Below are positions 53,417 to 63,065 of a stretch of 64,000 bases of DNA, piece by piece. The position numbers were made by a program, and so were the translations under genes. This stretch comes from Elusimicrobiota bacterium (lineage in GTDB: Bacteria; Elusimicrobiota; UBA8919): assembly GCA_016928195.1 (NCBI GenBank), contig JAFGLF010000018.1, forward strand, positions 30,731 through 94,730. The letters run 5' to 3'. Every line of letters begins with the position of its first letter. The first letter of the stretch is position 1. Under the pieces are notes generated by a model, which ran no database searches, was not told the origin of the DNA, and worked only from the letters and a program-made list of their open reading frames with translations.

Positions 53417-54415
53417 TCAACCTAGTTTATCCCCAATCTTGATATTGTGGCCTAAGAGATATGCCCATGCAGACATGACATTTTTTGAGGCAGGTTGTAC
53501 GGATTTTACAAGCAGGAAACCTTTACCGCATTTAACAATAAACCCTATGTTCTTTTCAATAGCAACGATAGAACCGGCAGGTAGAGAGTGAGAGAGTGAG
53601 AGAGTGAGAGAGCGAGAAGGGAAAACTTCAGATTCTATGATTTTTAAATTTTCAATCTTAATCCGCCGGCTGGCGGATTGATTTTTAACCTGCCCGACTG
53701 GTCCGGTCAGGCGGGTTTCCGTATACGCTGACGGCCATGGTTTCGTACCACGAACTAAATTATGTACCTCAAAGACAGGTTTACCCCAGTTAATTCTTCC
53801 GTCTTCTTTTTTCAATATAGGGGCAAAAGTTGCTTCGCCCTGCTGAATCTCTCCCTGACAACCGTCCTTTACCATAACAATTGTCTCTTTCAGAACATCA
53901 ATTGTAACAGGAATAAGCTTTTTTCTAAGAACTTCGGTATCGTCATTATTGTCAAGCGCTATCTTTTTCTGAAAAATTATTTTTCCGGTATCCAATCCCT
54001 CGTCCAGAAAAAAACTGGTAACGCCTGTTTCTTTTTCACCTCTGATTATCGACCATTGTATTGGTGCAGCGCCCCTGTATTTTGGAAGCAGCGAAAAATG
54101 CAGATTTATGCAGCCCTTCGGAAAAATATCAATAATTTCCTTGGGAATTATCTTTCCATAAGCAGCAACAATGGCTAACTGAGGGTTAAAAGCCGATAAT
54201 CCGGAAATAAAATTCTTGTCCTTAAGCTTTTCAGGTGTAAGAACAGGAATTTCTTTTTCTATCGCGGATTTTTTTATCGGAGATACCACATTATGTAAAT
54301 GCCTTCCGGAGGGTTTATTGCTTCTTGTAACTACGCAGATAAGCGACTCATTTTTAAATAAATATTCAAAAACAGGATTAACATATTCGGGAGTGCCAAA
54401 AAATATTATTTCCAC
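53417..54415 (-). CDS. fmt: methionyl-tRNA formyltransferase
   Basis: FFGTPEY and HFSLLPKYRGAAPIQW. GTG start. The C-terminal domain carries two in-frame repeat-derived segments. Confidence 0.92.
   Translation of the reverse strand: MEIIFFGTPEYVNPVFEYLFKNESLICVVTRSNKPSGRHLHNVVSPIKKSAIEKEIPVLTPEKLKDKNFISGLSAFNPQLAIVAAYGKIIPKEIIDIFPKGCINLHFSLLPKYRGAAPIQWSIIRGEKETGVTSFFLDEGLDTGKIIFQKKIALDNNDDTEVLRKKLIPVTIDVLKETIVMVKDGCQGEIQQGEATFAPILKKEDGRINWGKPVFEVHNLVRGTKPWPSAYTETRLTGPVGQVKNQSASRRIKIENLKIIESEVFPSRSLTLSLSHSLPAGSIVAIEKNIGFIVKCGKGFLLVKSVQPASKNVMSAWAYLLGHNIKIGDKLG
53579..53715. repeat. intragenic word array + palindromes inside fmt
   Basis: GAGAGTGA x3 plus GAGAGCGA (about 53583-53614). TCCGCCGGCTGGCGGA (53661-53676). 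CCTGCCCGA-N9-TCAGGCGGG (53688-53713). Confidence 0.85.
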
Positions 54416-54503
54416 CCAGCCCTTCCTTTCTATTTACATCCCAAACCCTTTTCCATTAAATCTTTTAGGAAGGGCTGGGTTCACCCCACACCTTCTTTTT
54501 TTA
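54416..54503. repeat. 13-bp inverted repeat spanning the fmt SD and start
   Basis: ACCCAGCCCTTCC (54414-54426) and GGAAGGGCTGGGT (54468-54480). Confidence 0.8.
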
Positions 54504-55004
54504 TTATAAATTATTTACCTTGCTGTACTCTTTTTTAAGCTTCCATCTCTTAATGGCATTTACTCTCTCTATATAAAGTATTCCGTCAAGATGGTCTATC
54601 TCATGCTGTAAGACTCTGGATAGCAAGCCGTCTACTTCAATTTTTACTTCTTTTCCATCAGGCATCATTCCGGAAACAGTAATTTTTTTCGCACGCTTTA
54701 CCTTTGCAGAAATACCCGGGACTGAAAGGCATCCTTCTTCCATATAACAGCTGTTTGCTGAAGCCGAAATTTCCGGATTAAAAAGTATTAAAGGTTTTTT
54801 CTTGCCATTCGGTCTTATATCGGCCACAACAATTCTTTTAAGCTCTCCGATCTGGTTGGCAGCAAGACCGACGCCATTAAAAAAATACATCGTCTCAAGC
54901 ATATCCTCTGAAAGTTTAATCAGTTTACTGTCAATCCTCGGTATCTTTTCAGCTTTTGTTTTAAGTATTTTATCCGGATATTTTTTTATCTTTAAAATCG
55001 CCAC
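54504..55004 (-). CDS. def: peptide deformylase
   Basis: GVGLAANQIG, EGCLSVPG and HEIDHLDG. GTG start with a GAGGA SD. Confidence 0.93.
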   Translation of the reverse strand: MAILKIKKYPDKILKTKAEKIPRIDSKLIKLSEDMLETMYFFNGVGLAANQIGELKRIVVADIRPNGKKKPLILFNPEISASANSCYMEEGCLSVPGISAKVKRAKKITVSGMMPDGKEVKIEVDGLLSRVLQHEIDHLDGILYIERVNAIKRWKLKKEYSKVNNL

Positions 55005-55156
55005 TTCATCCTCACTATGTTCGGAAACGCTAATTATCGCAAATCAAATCCCGATTTATCGGGACGAATAACTGTCCGTCAGCTGACGGATTAATTCGCG
55101 TGTATTCGCGTTGTCTTTTTATTCGCGTACATTCGCGTTCCATTTTACCAAAAATC
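55005..55156. repeat. dyad word array with CCGTCAGCTGACGG core
   Basis: CGCTAAT 55028 and CGCAAAT 55038. CCCGATTTATCGGG 55050-55063. Palindrome 55076-55089. ATTCGCG at 55094, 55104, 55121 and 55131. Confidence 0.9.
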
Positions 55157-57151
55157 CTATACTGTTTCAAGCGGGTCTACATCAAAAACAACATTTACAC
55201 TCTTTTTTTGATGCCGTTCCACTATTTCCCTTATATTTTTAACCGAATTTACATACTCATTTTCTTTTAATTTTAAAAGTATCTGCCATCTGTGTTTACC
55301 GGCAAGATAAGCAGATACTTTAGGAACAGGCCCGAGCACCGTCAACCCCGTATATATCCCTCCGGGATTCTTCGGGGTCAACCCAATATTCTGTGACAAC
55401 TTATCCAGTTTTTCTGCAATTTTTTCCGATTCATCAATTACATTCTTTTCATCTTTTCCCGATATAGTAATACTTATTAGTTTTACGAACGGAGGCCACG
55501 AAAATTCTTTTCTGAATTTAATCTCTTTTTCAAAAAACATTTCATAATCAAATTCCGCAGCATATTTTATGGAATAATGTTCCGGATTATCCGTCTGAAT
55601 TATAACCTGACCGGGCGAAGAACCGCGGCCGCATCTTCCGATTGAATGCGTAATAAGCGAAAAATTCCTCTCTGCTGAACGGAAATCCGCGGAATATAAC
55701 CCTGAGTATGCATTTATTATACCTACTACTGTAATATTTTGAAAATCAAATCCCTTCGCAACAATTTGAGTACCCACCAAAATACAAGGTCTGCCGAGTT
55801 TCATAATATTAAACATTTTTGAATATGGTATCTCCGTATCAGCGTCCATCCTTATAATCTCAGCAGATGGGAATAGTTTTTTTACAATATCTTCAATCCT
55901 TTCAGTCCCATAGCCGGAAAAAACAATATTACTGTTACAGACAGGACAATTCTTTAATATTTTCTGTCTATACCCGCAATAATGACACAACAACATCTGA
56001 GGATTTTTATGGACAATAAGCGGGATCGAACACTTCGGACACTTTATTATATCATTACAGCTGCTGCACCTGGCACTTGTTGCCCAGCCGCGCCTATTAA
56101 CAAGCAGAAATATCTGTTTTTTCTGCAAAAGGGCATTTGATATAGCATATCTAAGCGGTTTTGTTATAATACGCCAGAATGCATGTATATATTTTAAATC
56201 AACAACTGTAACCTTAGGAAGCGGACGGTTATCAATTCTATCGGATAATTTTAGGGTCTCAATTTCTCCGGTTCTGGTCTTATGGTATGTCTCGACGGAA
56301 GGCGTTGCAGAGCCAAGCACAACCACTGCACCTGTGAACCCTGCTCTCTGTACCGCTACATCTCTTGCATGGTATTTGGGTGTTTGAACATTTTTATAAA
56401 AATCATCATCTTCCTCATCAAGTATAAATAATTTTATATTTTCTAAGGGTAAAAAAACCGCGGAACGGGTACCTAGAACAACTTTTATCTTTTTTAATTT
56501 AAGTCTGTGCAGGAACTGTTTCTTTTCTTTCTGTGATAAACCACTATGCCAAACAGCAAGTGATTCACCAAATCTATCACGCAACAACTCTTTAAACTGA
56601 CTGGTCAACGAAACATCCGGCACCATATATACGGCAGACCTATCATTTCTCAGACACCAGTCAATAGCCTGGAAATAAACCTCGGTTTTTCCCGAATCGT
56701 TCATCCCGTATAAAAGAAATGTTTTTTGCTTAGTTTGGTTAAGAGCATTGATAACCTTTTCTGCTGCTGCTTTCTGTTCGCCGGTATGAACAACCTTTTT
56801 TTCAGCCTGCCGAAGACGGCGCAACGGTATTTCCATTTCCTTAGAAGAAAGCTTGCTGGCCTGTGGCAAAATGAGATTCAAAGCAGATCCCAAAGAACAT
56901 AAATAATACTGTGAAATCCATTCGGCAAGTCCTATCAGTTCCGCAGTTATTAACGGTTCCTTATCAACAATTTTTATTACTTTCTTCAGCGGAATTTTTA
57001 AGGAAGGTTCGGGCCTGACGGCAACAACAAAACCTGTAAGTTTTTCCTTGTTAAACGGGACAACAACACGGCATCCTATTTTAACATCCTCATCCGAAAG
57101 ATAATCAAAATTTTTATTAATTTTTAACGGTAAGGCGACTTCTAAAGTCAT
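55157..57151 (-). CDS. priA: primosomal replication restart helicase PriA
   Basis: Walker A DSGKTEVY, ILDEEDD, a Cys-rich zinc insert (CSSC...CPKC...CHYC...CPVC) and helicase C motifs. Start set to ATG 57151. Confidence 0.92.
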   Translation of the reverse strand: MTLEVALPLKINKNFDYLSDEDVKIGCRVVVPFNKEKLTGFVVAVRPEPSLKIPLKKVIKIVDKEPLITAELIGLAEWISQYYLCSLGSALNLILPQASKLSSKEMEIPLRRLRQAEKKVVHTGEQKAAAEKVINALNQTKQKTFLLYGMNDSGKTEVYFQAIDWCLRNDRSAVYMVPDVSLTSQFKELLRDRFGESLAVWHSGLSQKEKKQFLHRLKLKKIKVVLGTRSAVFLPLENIKLFILDEEDDDFYKNVQTPKYHARDVAVQRAGFTGAVVVLGSATPSVETYHKTRTGEIETLKLSDRIDNRPLPKVTVVDLKYIHAFWRIITKPLRYAISNALLQKKQIFLLVNRRGWATSARCSSCNDIIKCPKCSIPLIVHKNPQMLLCHYCGYRQKILKNCPVCNSNIVFSGYGTERIEDIVKKLFPSAEIIRMDADTEIPYSKMFNIMKLGRPCILVGTQIVAKGFDFQNITVVGIINAYSGLYSADFRSAERNFSLITHSIGRCGRGSSPGQVIIQTDNPEHYSIKYAAEFDYEMFFEKEIKFRKEFSWPPFVKLISITISGKDEKNVIDESEKIAEKLDKLSQNIGLTPKNPGGIYTGLTVLGPVPKVSAYLAGKHRWQILLKLKENEYVNSVKNIREIVERHQKKSVNVVFDVDPLETV

Positions 57152-57200
57152 CTGATTATATTTTTTCGGGACAGTCCCCATTCGGGGACAGTCCCTTTAA
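57152..57200. repeat. tandem mini-hairpins
   Basis: TTCGGGACAGTCCC and TTCGGGGACAGTCCC lie back to back. GGGAC/GTCCC arms also appear at 63083-63100. Confidence 0.75.
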
Positions 57201-57920
57201 TCATTTCAGCTCTTTCATAATCTTCTTTATATCTTCCCATGTGTCTCTTTTTAGGTTAGGATTCCTCAAAAGGGCGGCAGGATGGTAGGTCGGCATTATT
57301 CTTATCCCTGATTGTGAATATTCATAGAATCTGCCGCGAAGTTTTCCGATAGGAGCTTCAACACCTGTAAGTACTGTTGCAGATACATTTCCGAGTGCAC
57401 AGATTACTTTCGGGCTGATCAGTTTAATCTGCTTTTCTAAATATGAAATACATGCAGACATTTCATCGGGACTGGGCTTCCTGTCGTTGCCCCTTTTGTC
57501 AGGATCGCCCGGGTCTATCATTGGATGACACTTTACAATATTGGCTATATAAACATCATCTCTTTTTAAACCCATTGAATCAATAATTTTATCCAAAAGC
57601 TGCCCTGCCCTGCCTACAAAGGGCCTGCCTAACCTATCTTCATGGAAACCAGGCCCCTCACCGACAAACATAAGTTTTGCGCGCGGATTTCCCTCTCCGA
57701 ATACAGCATTTTTTCTTGATTTTGAAAGCGGACATTTTTTACAATTTCTCACTGTTTTTGATAATTCTAATAAACTATCCTCTGTGTTCCTATTAAAAAC
57801 TTTCCCGGATTTTTTCACACTCACCCCTTTTCCCGAAGATATCACATCTGCAACTCCGTCGTCACGCAATTGTTCTATATATTTTTTTGTAAGCCCGACT
57901 GTTTTATTGAAGTAGTTCAT
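57201..57920 (-). CDS. uracil-DNA glycosylase, family 4 (Fe-S type)
   Basis: CKKCPL, GEGPG and HPAALLRNP. N-terminal extension of about 50 aa. Confidence 0.88.
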   Translation of the reverse strand: MNYFNKTVGLTKKYIEQLRDDGVADVISSGKGVSVKKSGKVFNRNTEDSLLELSKTVRNCKKCPLSKSRKNAVFGEGNPRAKLMFVGEGPGFHEDRLGRPFVGRAGQLLDKIIDSMGLKRDDVYIANIVKCHPMIDPGDPDKRGNDRKPSPDEMSACISYLEKQIKLISPKVICALGNVSATVLTGVEAPIGKLRGRFYEYSQSGIRIMPTYHPAALLRNPNLKRDTWEDIKKIMKELK

Positions 57921-58573
57921 ATAGTTCTTATGCTACCTAATATTTTTCTTGCTAAAATTTTCTTAGGAATATTTTCAAACTCTTTAATATAATTCTTTGT
58001 TATAATTGCCCCTGTAGTTCTATTGCTGTTCATTACATCAACTCTGTTAGCTATTATCATATCGAGTTTTTTCCGTGTAAGTTTTTTGCTTGCATTCTTT
58101 ATAAGATTTCCGGTTTCAAGGGCAAAACCTATAACGACATGAGAGATGACAGATGACGGATGCCCGCCTCGCTCCGCGGGCGGAGTGGGACGGATGCGGG
58201 AAATTTCATATAAAATATCGGGATTGGGGATTAGTTTTAAGTTTATGGGTTTCCCGGTCTTTTTAATTTTGTTTTTGGAAAATTTTTTAACTCTATAGTC
58301 GCTGACTGCGGCACAGGATATGAAAACATCCGACTTGGAATAATATTTCTTTACCTGTTCAAACATCTGTTTTGCCGAGACAACTTTTACTACTCTTACT
58401 CCTTTTGGAGTTTTAATATTTACCGGACCGCTTATCAAAATAACCCTTGCACCCAGTTTTTTTGCCTCTTTCGCCAAAAGATATCCCATCCTGCCTGATG
58501 AATCATTGGATATAAATCTTACAGGGTCTATATATTCCTTTGTAGGACCCGCAGTAATCAGAATGGTTTTCAT
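57917..58573 (-). CDS. coaB: phosphopantothenate--cysteine ligase (stand-alone CoaB)
   Basis: ITAGPTKEYIDPVRFISNDSSGRMG and GFALET. Contains an in-frame GC-rich insert. Confidence 0.88.
   Translation of the reverse strand: MKTILITAGPTKEYIDPVRFISNDSSGRMGYLLAKEAKKLGARVILISGPVNIKTPKGVRVVKVVSAKQMFEQVKKYYSKSDVFISCAAVSDYRVKKFSKNKIKKTGKPINLKLIPNPDILYEISRIRPTPPAERGGHPSSVISHVVIGFALETGNLIKNASKKLTRKKLDMIIANRVDVMNSNRTTGAIITKNYIKEFENIPKKILARKILGSIRTI
58141..58200. repeat. intragenic GC-rich word/palindrome module inside coaB
   Basis: GATGACAGATGACGGATGC, then CCGCCTCG, then CTCCGCGGGCGGAG (58172-58185), then TGGGACGGATGCGGG. Sharply GC-rich compared with the flanking coding sequence. Confidence 0.8.
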
Positions 58574-58714
58574 GTTTTAATTGAGGATCGACTATATTTC
58601 TACACATCCACGAAGGAAAACTTTTTATAGAGCCTTAACCCAGATTCATCTGGGTTTCAGAGTCCGCCGCGGCGGAGTGCCGAGCGTCTCAAGAAAAGTT
58701 TTTCCGAGTGGTTA
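58574..58714. repeat. mosaic hairpin element between coaC and coaB
   Basis: AACCCAGA TTCA TCTGGGTT (58637-58656). TCCGCCGCGGCGGA (58663-58676). The terminal block AAAAGTTTTTCCGAGTGGTTATT resembles 6241-6266. Confidence 0.8.
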
Positions 58715-59302
58715 TTATTTCAGGATTTTCTTTAGTTCAGAAACAATCTTTCCGGGTTCCGACATTCTTCCTATATCCTCGCTGCCGCAGGCAAGTTCTC
58801 CCCTTTCGGGACCGATAAAACGGAATCCGGTTTTTTTAAGATTTGAAATATTCTTCTGTGTTATAGAATTTCTGTACATCTCCGAATTCATTGCAGGGCA
58901 GATTACAACAGGACACTTGACCGAAAGCACAAGTGTTGTCAGTGCATCATCTGCGAACCCGGCGGATATTTTTGCAATAACATTTGCGGTAGCAGGTGCT
59001 ATCAAAAACAAATCAGCTTTCTTTGCTATCGAAATATGTTCGACCTGCCCGCAATCGCTACGCGATAAGCGTTGCAGGCGGGCTTCCCAATTGTCTGGCA
59101 ATTGAAACATGTTAATATAGACTTTGTTTTGTGAAAGCGTCTGAATAGTCAGAGGAGTAATAAACTCTGCTGCATTTCTTGTCATAACAGGAATTATTTC
59201 CGCACCCGATTTCACCAGAAGCCGTACAATCTCGCAGGATTTGTATGCTGCTATGGAACCGCTTATACCAACTATAATTTTTTTACCTTTTAATGTCGAC
59301 AT
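58715..59302 (-). CDS. coaC: phosphopantothenoylcysteine decarboxylase (stand-alone CoaC flavoprotein)
   Basis: GISGSIAAYK, PAMN and GRMSEP. The stop coincides with the edge of a repeat element. Confidence 0.9.
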   Translation of the reverse strand: MSTLKGKKIIVGISGSIAAYKSCEIVRLLVKSGAEIIPVMTRNAAEFITPLTIQTLSQNKVYINMFQLPDNWEARLQRLSRSDCGQVEHISIAKKADLFLIAPATANVIAKISAGFADDALTTLVLSVKCPVVICPAMNSEMYRNSITQKNISNLKKTGFRFIGPERGELACGSEDIGRMSEPGKIVSELKKILK

Positions 59303-59859
59303 GTCTCCCTCTCATATATTTTTTTTAATTTTTCAAATGCTTCCTCCAGCGAATCATTTATAATAATATAGTCATAGTATTTTCTATACTTCATTTCTTT
59401 TCTTGCATTACGCAACCTCTTTGCAATATCCTTTTCTAAATCGCGGTGACGGGCACGTAACCTATCGGCAAGTATCTTCATGGAAGGCGGAACAACAAAA
59501 ATCAAAAGCGACTGCGGGTATTTCTTTTTTACATTTAAAGCGCCTACCACATCAATATCAAGGACAACATTTTTTCCGGTTTCAAGCTTCTTCTCAAGCT
59601 GTTCATGAAGGGTACCGTAATAATGGCCGTGTACAACAGCTGTCTCGACAAACTTTTTTGACTTTTTTTTCTTTAAAAACTCGCTTTTAGACATAAAAAA
59701 ATATGATTTTCCATGTTTCTCCTGGGCAGATGGCGGACGCGTTGTGGCCGAAATGGAATATGTAAGACCCTTAAGACGCTTAAGGGCAAGTTTAATAAGT
59801 GTGGTCTTGCCGCCGCCGGAAGGGGAAGATATAACAACCGGTATCCCTTTTGTTTTCAT
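59290..59859 (-). CDS. gmk: guanylate kinase
   Basis: SSPSGGGKTTL and ATTRPP. Confidence 0.93.
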   Translation of the reverse strand: MKTKGIPVVISSPSGGGKTTLIKLALKRLKGLTYSISATTRPPSAQEKHGKSYFFMSKSEFLKKKKSKKFVETAVVHGHYYGTLHEQLEKKLETGKNVVLDIDVVGALNVKKKYPQSLLIFVVPPSMKILADRLRARHRDLEKDIAKRLRNARKEMKYRKYYDYIIINDSLEEAFEKLKKIYERETCRH

Positions 59860-61595
59860 CTTTTTCCCGTCTTCATTCTATATGTAAGTTTTCGGATATT
59901 TGACAAAGTTATTTTCTGGTCACTATCTTTAGGCAGGCCAAGCTGTACTGCGATATTCCAGTTTGCCAGTGCATTTTTAAAATCACCTTTTATATAATAG
60001 CAATTGCCTATATTATTATAAACTTCTCCGTAATTTCTCAAATCAACCGAAATTTTATACGATTCAATCGCTTTGTCATACCGGTCAAGTTTTCTATAAA
60101 CCTCACCCAGATCATATGCAGTCCTATCGGAATGATAATAGTCAAGCTTTATCGATTTTTCATATTCGTCCATAGCAGTTTTAAGGTCGTCTTCCTGGAC
60201 AGCTATATCGCCATTTCGCCTTGCACGATCACCTATAAATCGCGGTATTACTGTATAACCAACAAGCAAAACATAAACTACAAACAGAATTATAGAAGCT
60301 GACGGGCTTGTATGTTTTCTGGCAAGATGCTTAGGCTCATACTCGGACTGGTCGAAATTTGTCCAGTGTAATTCCGCGAATCCGAAAAATACAAAAACTG
60401 TTGAAATAACGGGAACCACCGAAAAAGGAAAATTGGTCAGAGCATATACAAAAACAGAAAATACTCCGGCAAGAATACCTAAAATCATATTGAATTCATA
60501 TTCTTCTTCTTTGCTTTTTCGGTATAATAACCTCCCGCAATAATAGAAAAAATACAGAAATACGGCTAAAAACACAAGAAGCCCTGTAATTCCAGTCTCG
60601 GCGAATATTTGTAAAAATTCATTATGAAGATTGGACTCGCTTGTACCTTTTAACTGTATATCCCTTGTTACTTTTGCCTGGTAATTCGCAAAATTAACTT
60701 TTAAGTTACCGGCGCCGACCCCAAAAACAGGATGTTCTTTAATCATCTCCCATCCTGTCTTCCACTTGAAAATTCTTTCGTTTATTGAAGCATCATTGCG
60801 GCTAAAGAATCCCTTTAATGTATCAAGTCTGTCAATAGATATAAGAAATATTGCAAAAAATAAAAGAAAAAACCAAAAACTCCCCCTTATCATTCTGTAT
60901 ATGGAATTAAACTTTAATTTTAAATAAACCATCTGACCGATAATCAGCACTAAAACCGTTAGAAAAAAAGCAAGCCATGCCCCCCGGGTTTTAGCAACAC
61001 CTATATTAAACACTATCAGAAAACAAAATATCATCCAGAAACTATGTTTTACCGATTCTCTGGTTGAAATCATTCTTGCAAAAAACAAAGGAAATACCAG
61101 CAAAAGATATCCGGAAAAAAAGTTGGGGTTACCGAAAGAAGAGGAAGACCTGCCGTCAAAACCATAAAACCAGTTAATAGGGTCCAGTTTGAAATACTGT
61201 AATGTTCCATATACAATAACAACAAGTGTTGTAACTGCCAGGGTATTCAATATATTTACAAATTCTTTTTTCGAAAATCTTTTTACACTAAGATATACCG
61301 AGGTCAGAATCACCCAGAAAAAAAGATATTCAAAAACCAGCTGTATATGAACTGCATTTATAGCTGAAATTATTATTGTAATTAAGTATAAAATTAAAAG
61401 CAAGCCAAGCCATGTGTTTTTTATTCTCTGTTTTCCCTGAAATATTTTAAGTATCAGTATTAAAGCGAGAAGCAATCCGAAAACACCAAAAACAGTTTCT
61501 TTAATTAAAAAATTATCTTTTGTACCTGTGTAAAATATTATAGGTGTTAGAAAAACTATTAATTTAACACAAATAAAAGCAATTTTATTTGTCAT
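59856..61595 (-). CDS. O-antigen ligase/Wzy_C-family polytopic membrane protein with C-terminal TPR domain
   Basis: About 11 TM helices with a Wzy_C-like loop (AKTRGAWLAFFL ... H in NLHNEFLQ). Three C-terminal TPRs. Confidence 0.75.
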   Translation of the reverse strand: MTNKIAFICVKLIVFLTPIIFYTGTKDNFLIKETVFGVFGLLLALILILKIFQGKQRIKNTWLGLLLILYLITIIISAINAVHIQLVFEYLFFWVILTSVYLSVKRFSKKEFVNILNTLAVTTLVVIVYGTLQYFKLDPINWFYGFDGRSSSSFGNPNFFSGYLLLVFPLFFARMISTRESVKHSFWMIFCFLIVFNIGVAKTRGAWLAFFLTVLVLIIGQMVYLKLKFNSIYRMIRGSFWFFLLFFAIFLISIDRLDTLKGFFSRNDASINERIFKWKTGWEMIKEHPVFGVGAGNLKVNFANYQAKVTRDIQLKGTSESNLHNEFLQIFAETGITGLLVFLAVFLYFFYYCGRLLYRKSKEEEYEFNMILGILAGVFSVFVYALTNFPFSVVPVISTVFVFFGFAELHWTNFDQSEYEPKHLARKHTSPSASIILFVVYVLLVGYTVIPRFIGDRARRNGDIAVQEDDLKTAMDEYEKSIKLDYYHSDRTAYDLGEVYRKLDRYDKAIESYKISVDLRNYGEVYNNIGNCYYIKGDFKNALANWNIAVQLGLPKDSDQKITLSNIRKLTYRMKTGKR

Positions 61596-61628
61596 ATTAA
61601 ATGACGATATGTACTTCCACCCGCTCTA

Positions 61629-63065
61629 TTATGCACTCAAAAAACTTTTTGAAGCATTAATAAGACGGTCAAGTTTTTTCTTACTGCTTGCTTCTACATA
61701 AATTCTTATAACCGGCTCCGTTCCGGAAAGACGCAATCCGACCCAGGAACCATCTTCAAGAATAAACTTGTAACCATCCAATTTAACCAAATCCTTGACC
61801 TTTAACGAACCTATCTCGGACGGCGGATCCTCATCAAGTTTTGATTTTATACTGTTCATTTTTTCCTTCGGCAGATGAAAATTAAGTCTTGTAGATAAAA
61901 TAGTCCCTACCTGTTTATAAATATCCTGCAATATCTTACTAACAGGTTTCTTATTCACTGCTACTAATTCTGCTGCCAACAGACAAGCAAGAATACCGTC
62001 TTTTTCGGGTATATGCCCCATAATAGTAAGCCCGCCGGATTCCTCTCCGCCTATAATCATATCTTCTTTAGTCATAACCTCGCCTATATATTTAAATCCG
62101 ACCGGGGTTTCCCGCACCTCAATATTATGTTTCTTTGCAACGGCATCAACCAAATGGGTTGTCATAACGGAACGTGCCACTACACCTTTCCATTTTCTGG
62201 TCTTAACAAGATGATCAAGCAGAAGTGCTATAGTGTCGTTAGGAGTAATAAAACTCCCATCCCTATCTACAATACCAAACCTATCTGCATCACCGTCAGT
62301 TCCCAGTCCCAAATGAAATTTATCCTTCTTAAGTATCTTTAAAAGCTCTCCAAGGTTGTCTTTTGAAGGCTCAGGAGGTCTGCCGCCAAAAAGTACATCA
62401 CGCCAGCTATGAAGCACTCTTATCCTGCAACCTGCATCTTCAAGTATCTTATCAAGATAACCGCGCCCGGCACCATAAAGAACATCAACCACTATTTTTA
62501 TATTTGCCTTTTTTATTGCTTTTAAATCGACAAGTTCTTTAATTCTCTTTATATAATTTTTTTCCGGCTTTATTTCCTCTATAAGCCCTTTGTTTTTCCC
62601 TTCTTCCAAACTTAAATTTTCAATATCGCTTCCGGTACCACGTTCAATCAACTCTTTACATCTGCTTTCTATAGCATTTGTCGTTTCAGGAAGTGCAGGA
62701 CCTCCCCATGCCGGCGAAAATTTCAAACCATTATATTCCGGCGGATTATGGCTTGCGGTAAAATTTACTCCGCCGCTGGTTTTTCTGCGCAAAATTTCAT
62801 ATGCTATAACCGGTGTCGGACAATCCCTTTTGGTCAAAAAGACTTTTATTCCGTTGGCAGCAAGTACACCTGCCGATATTTCAGAAAAATTCTCAGAATG
62901 AAAACGCGGGTCATATCCCACTATAACCGAAGGGGCTGATTGACTTTCATTCCTTGCTTTCTGTTTCACATAGTCCGCTATCGCCTGACTTACAATTTTA
63001 ACATTGTCAAAAGTAAAGTCATCCGCAATTATCCCACGCCAACCCGAAGTTCCGAATTTAATCAT
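61629..63065 (-). CDS. phosphoglucomutase/phosphomannomutase family protein
   Basis: GTSGWRG, TASHNPPEYNG, GTDGDADR and GGEESGG. Start set to ATG 63065 (GAGGAGAGG SD). Confidence 0.88.
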   Translation of the reverse strand: MIKFGTSGWRGIIADDFTFDNVKIVSQAIADYVKQKARNESQSAPSVIVGYDPRFHSENFSEISAGVLAANGIKVFLTKRDCPTPVIAYEILRRKTSGGVNFTASHNPPEYNGLKFSPAWGGPALPETTNAIESRCKELIERGTGSDIENLSLEEGKNKGLIEEIKPEKNYIKRIKELVDLKAIKKANIKIVVDVLYGAGRGYLDKILEDAGCRIRVLHSWRDVLFGGRPPEPSKDNLGELLKILKKDKFHLGLGTDGDADRFGIVDRDGSFITPNDTIALLLDHLVKTRKWKGVVARSVMTTHLVDAVAKKHNIEVRETPVGFKYIGEVMTKEDMIIGGEESGGLTIMGHIPEKDGILACLLAAELVAVNKKPVSKILQDIYKQVGTILSTRLNFHLPKEKMNSIKSKLDEDPPSEIGSLKVKDLVKLDGYKFILEDGSWVGLRLSGTEPVIRIYVEASSKKKLDRLINASKSFLSA

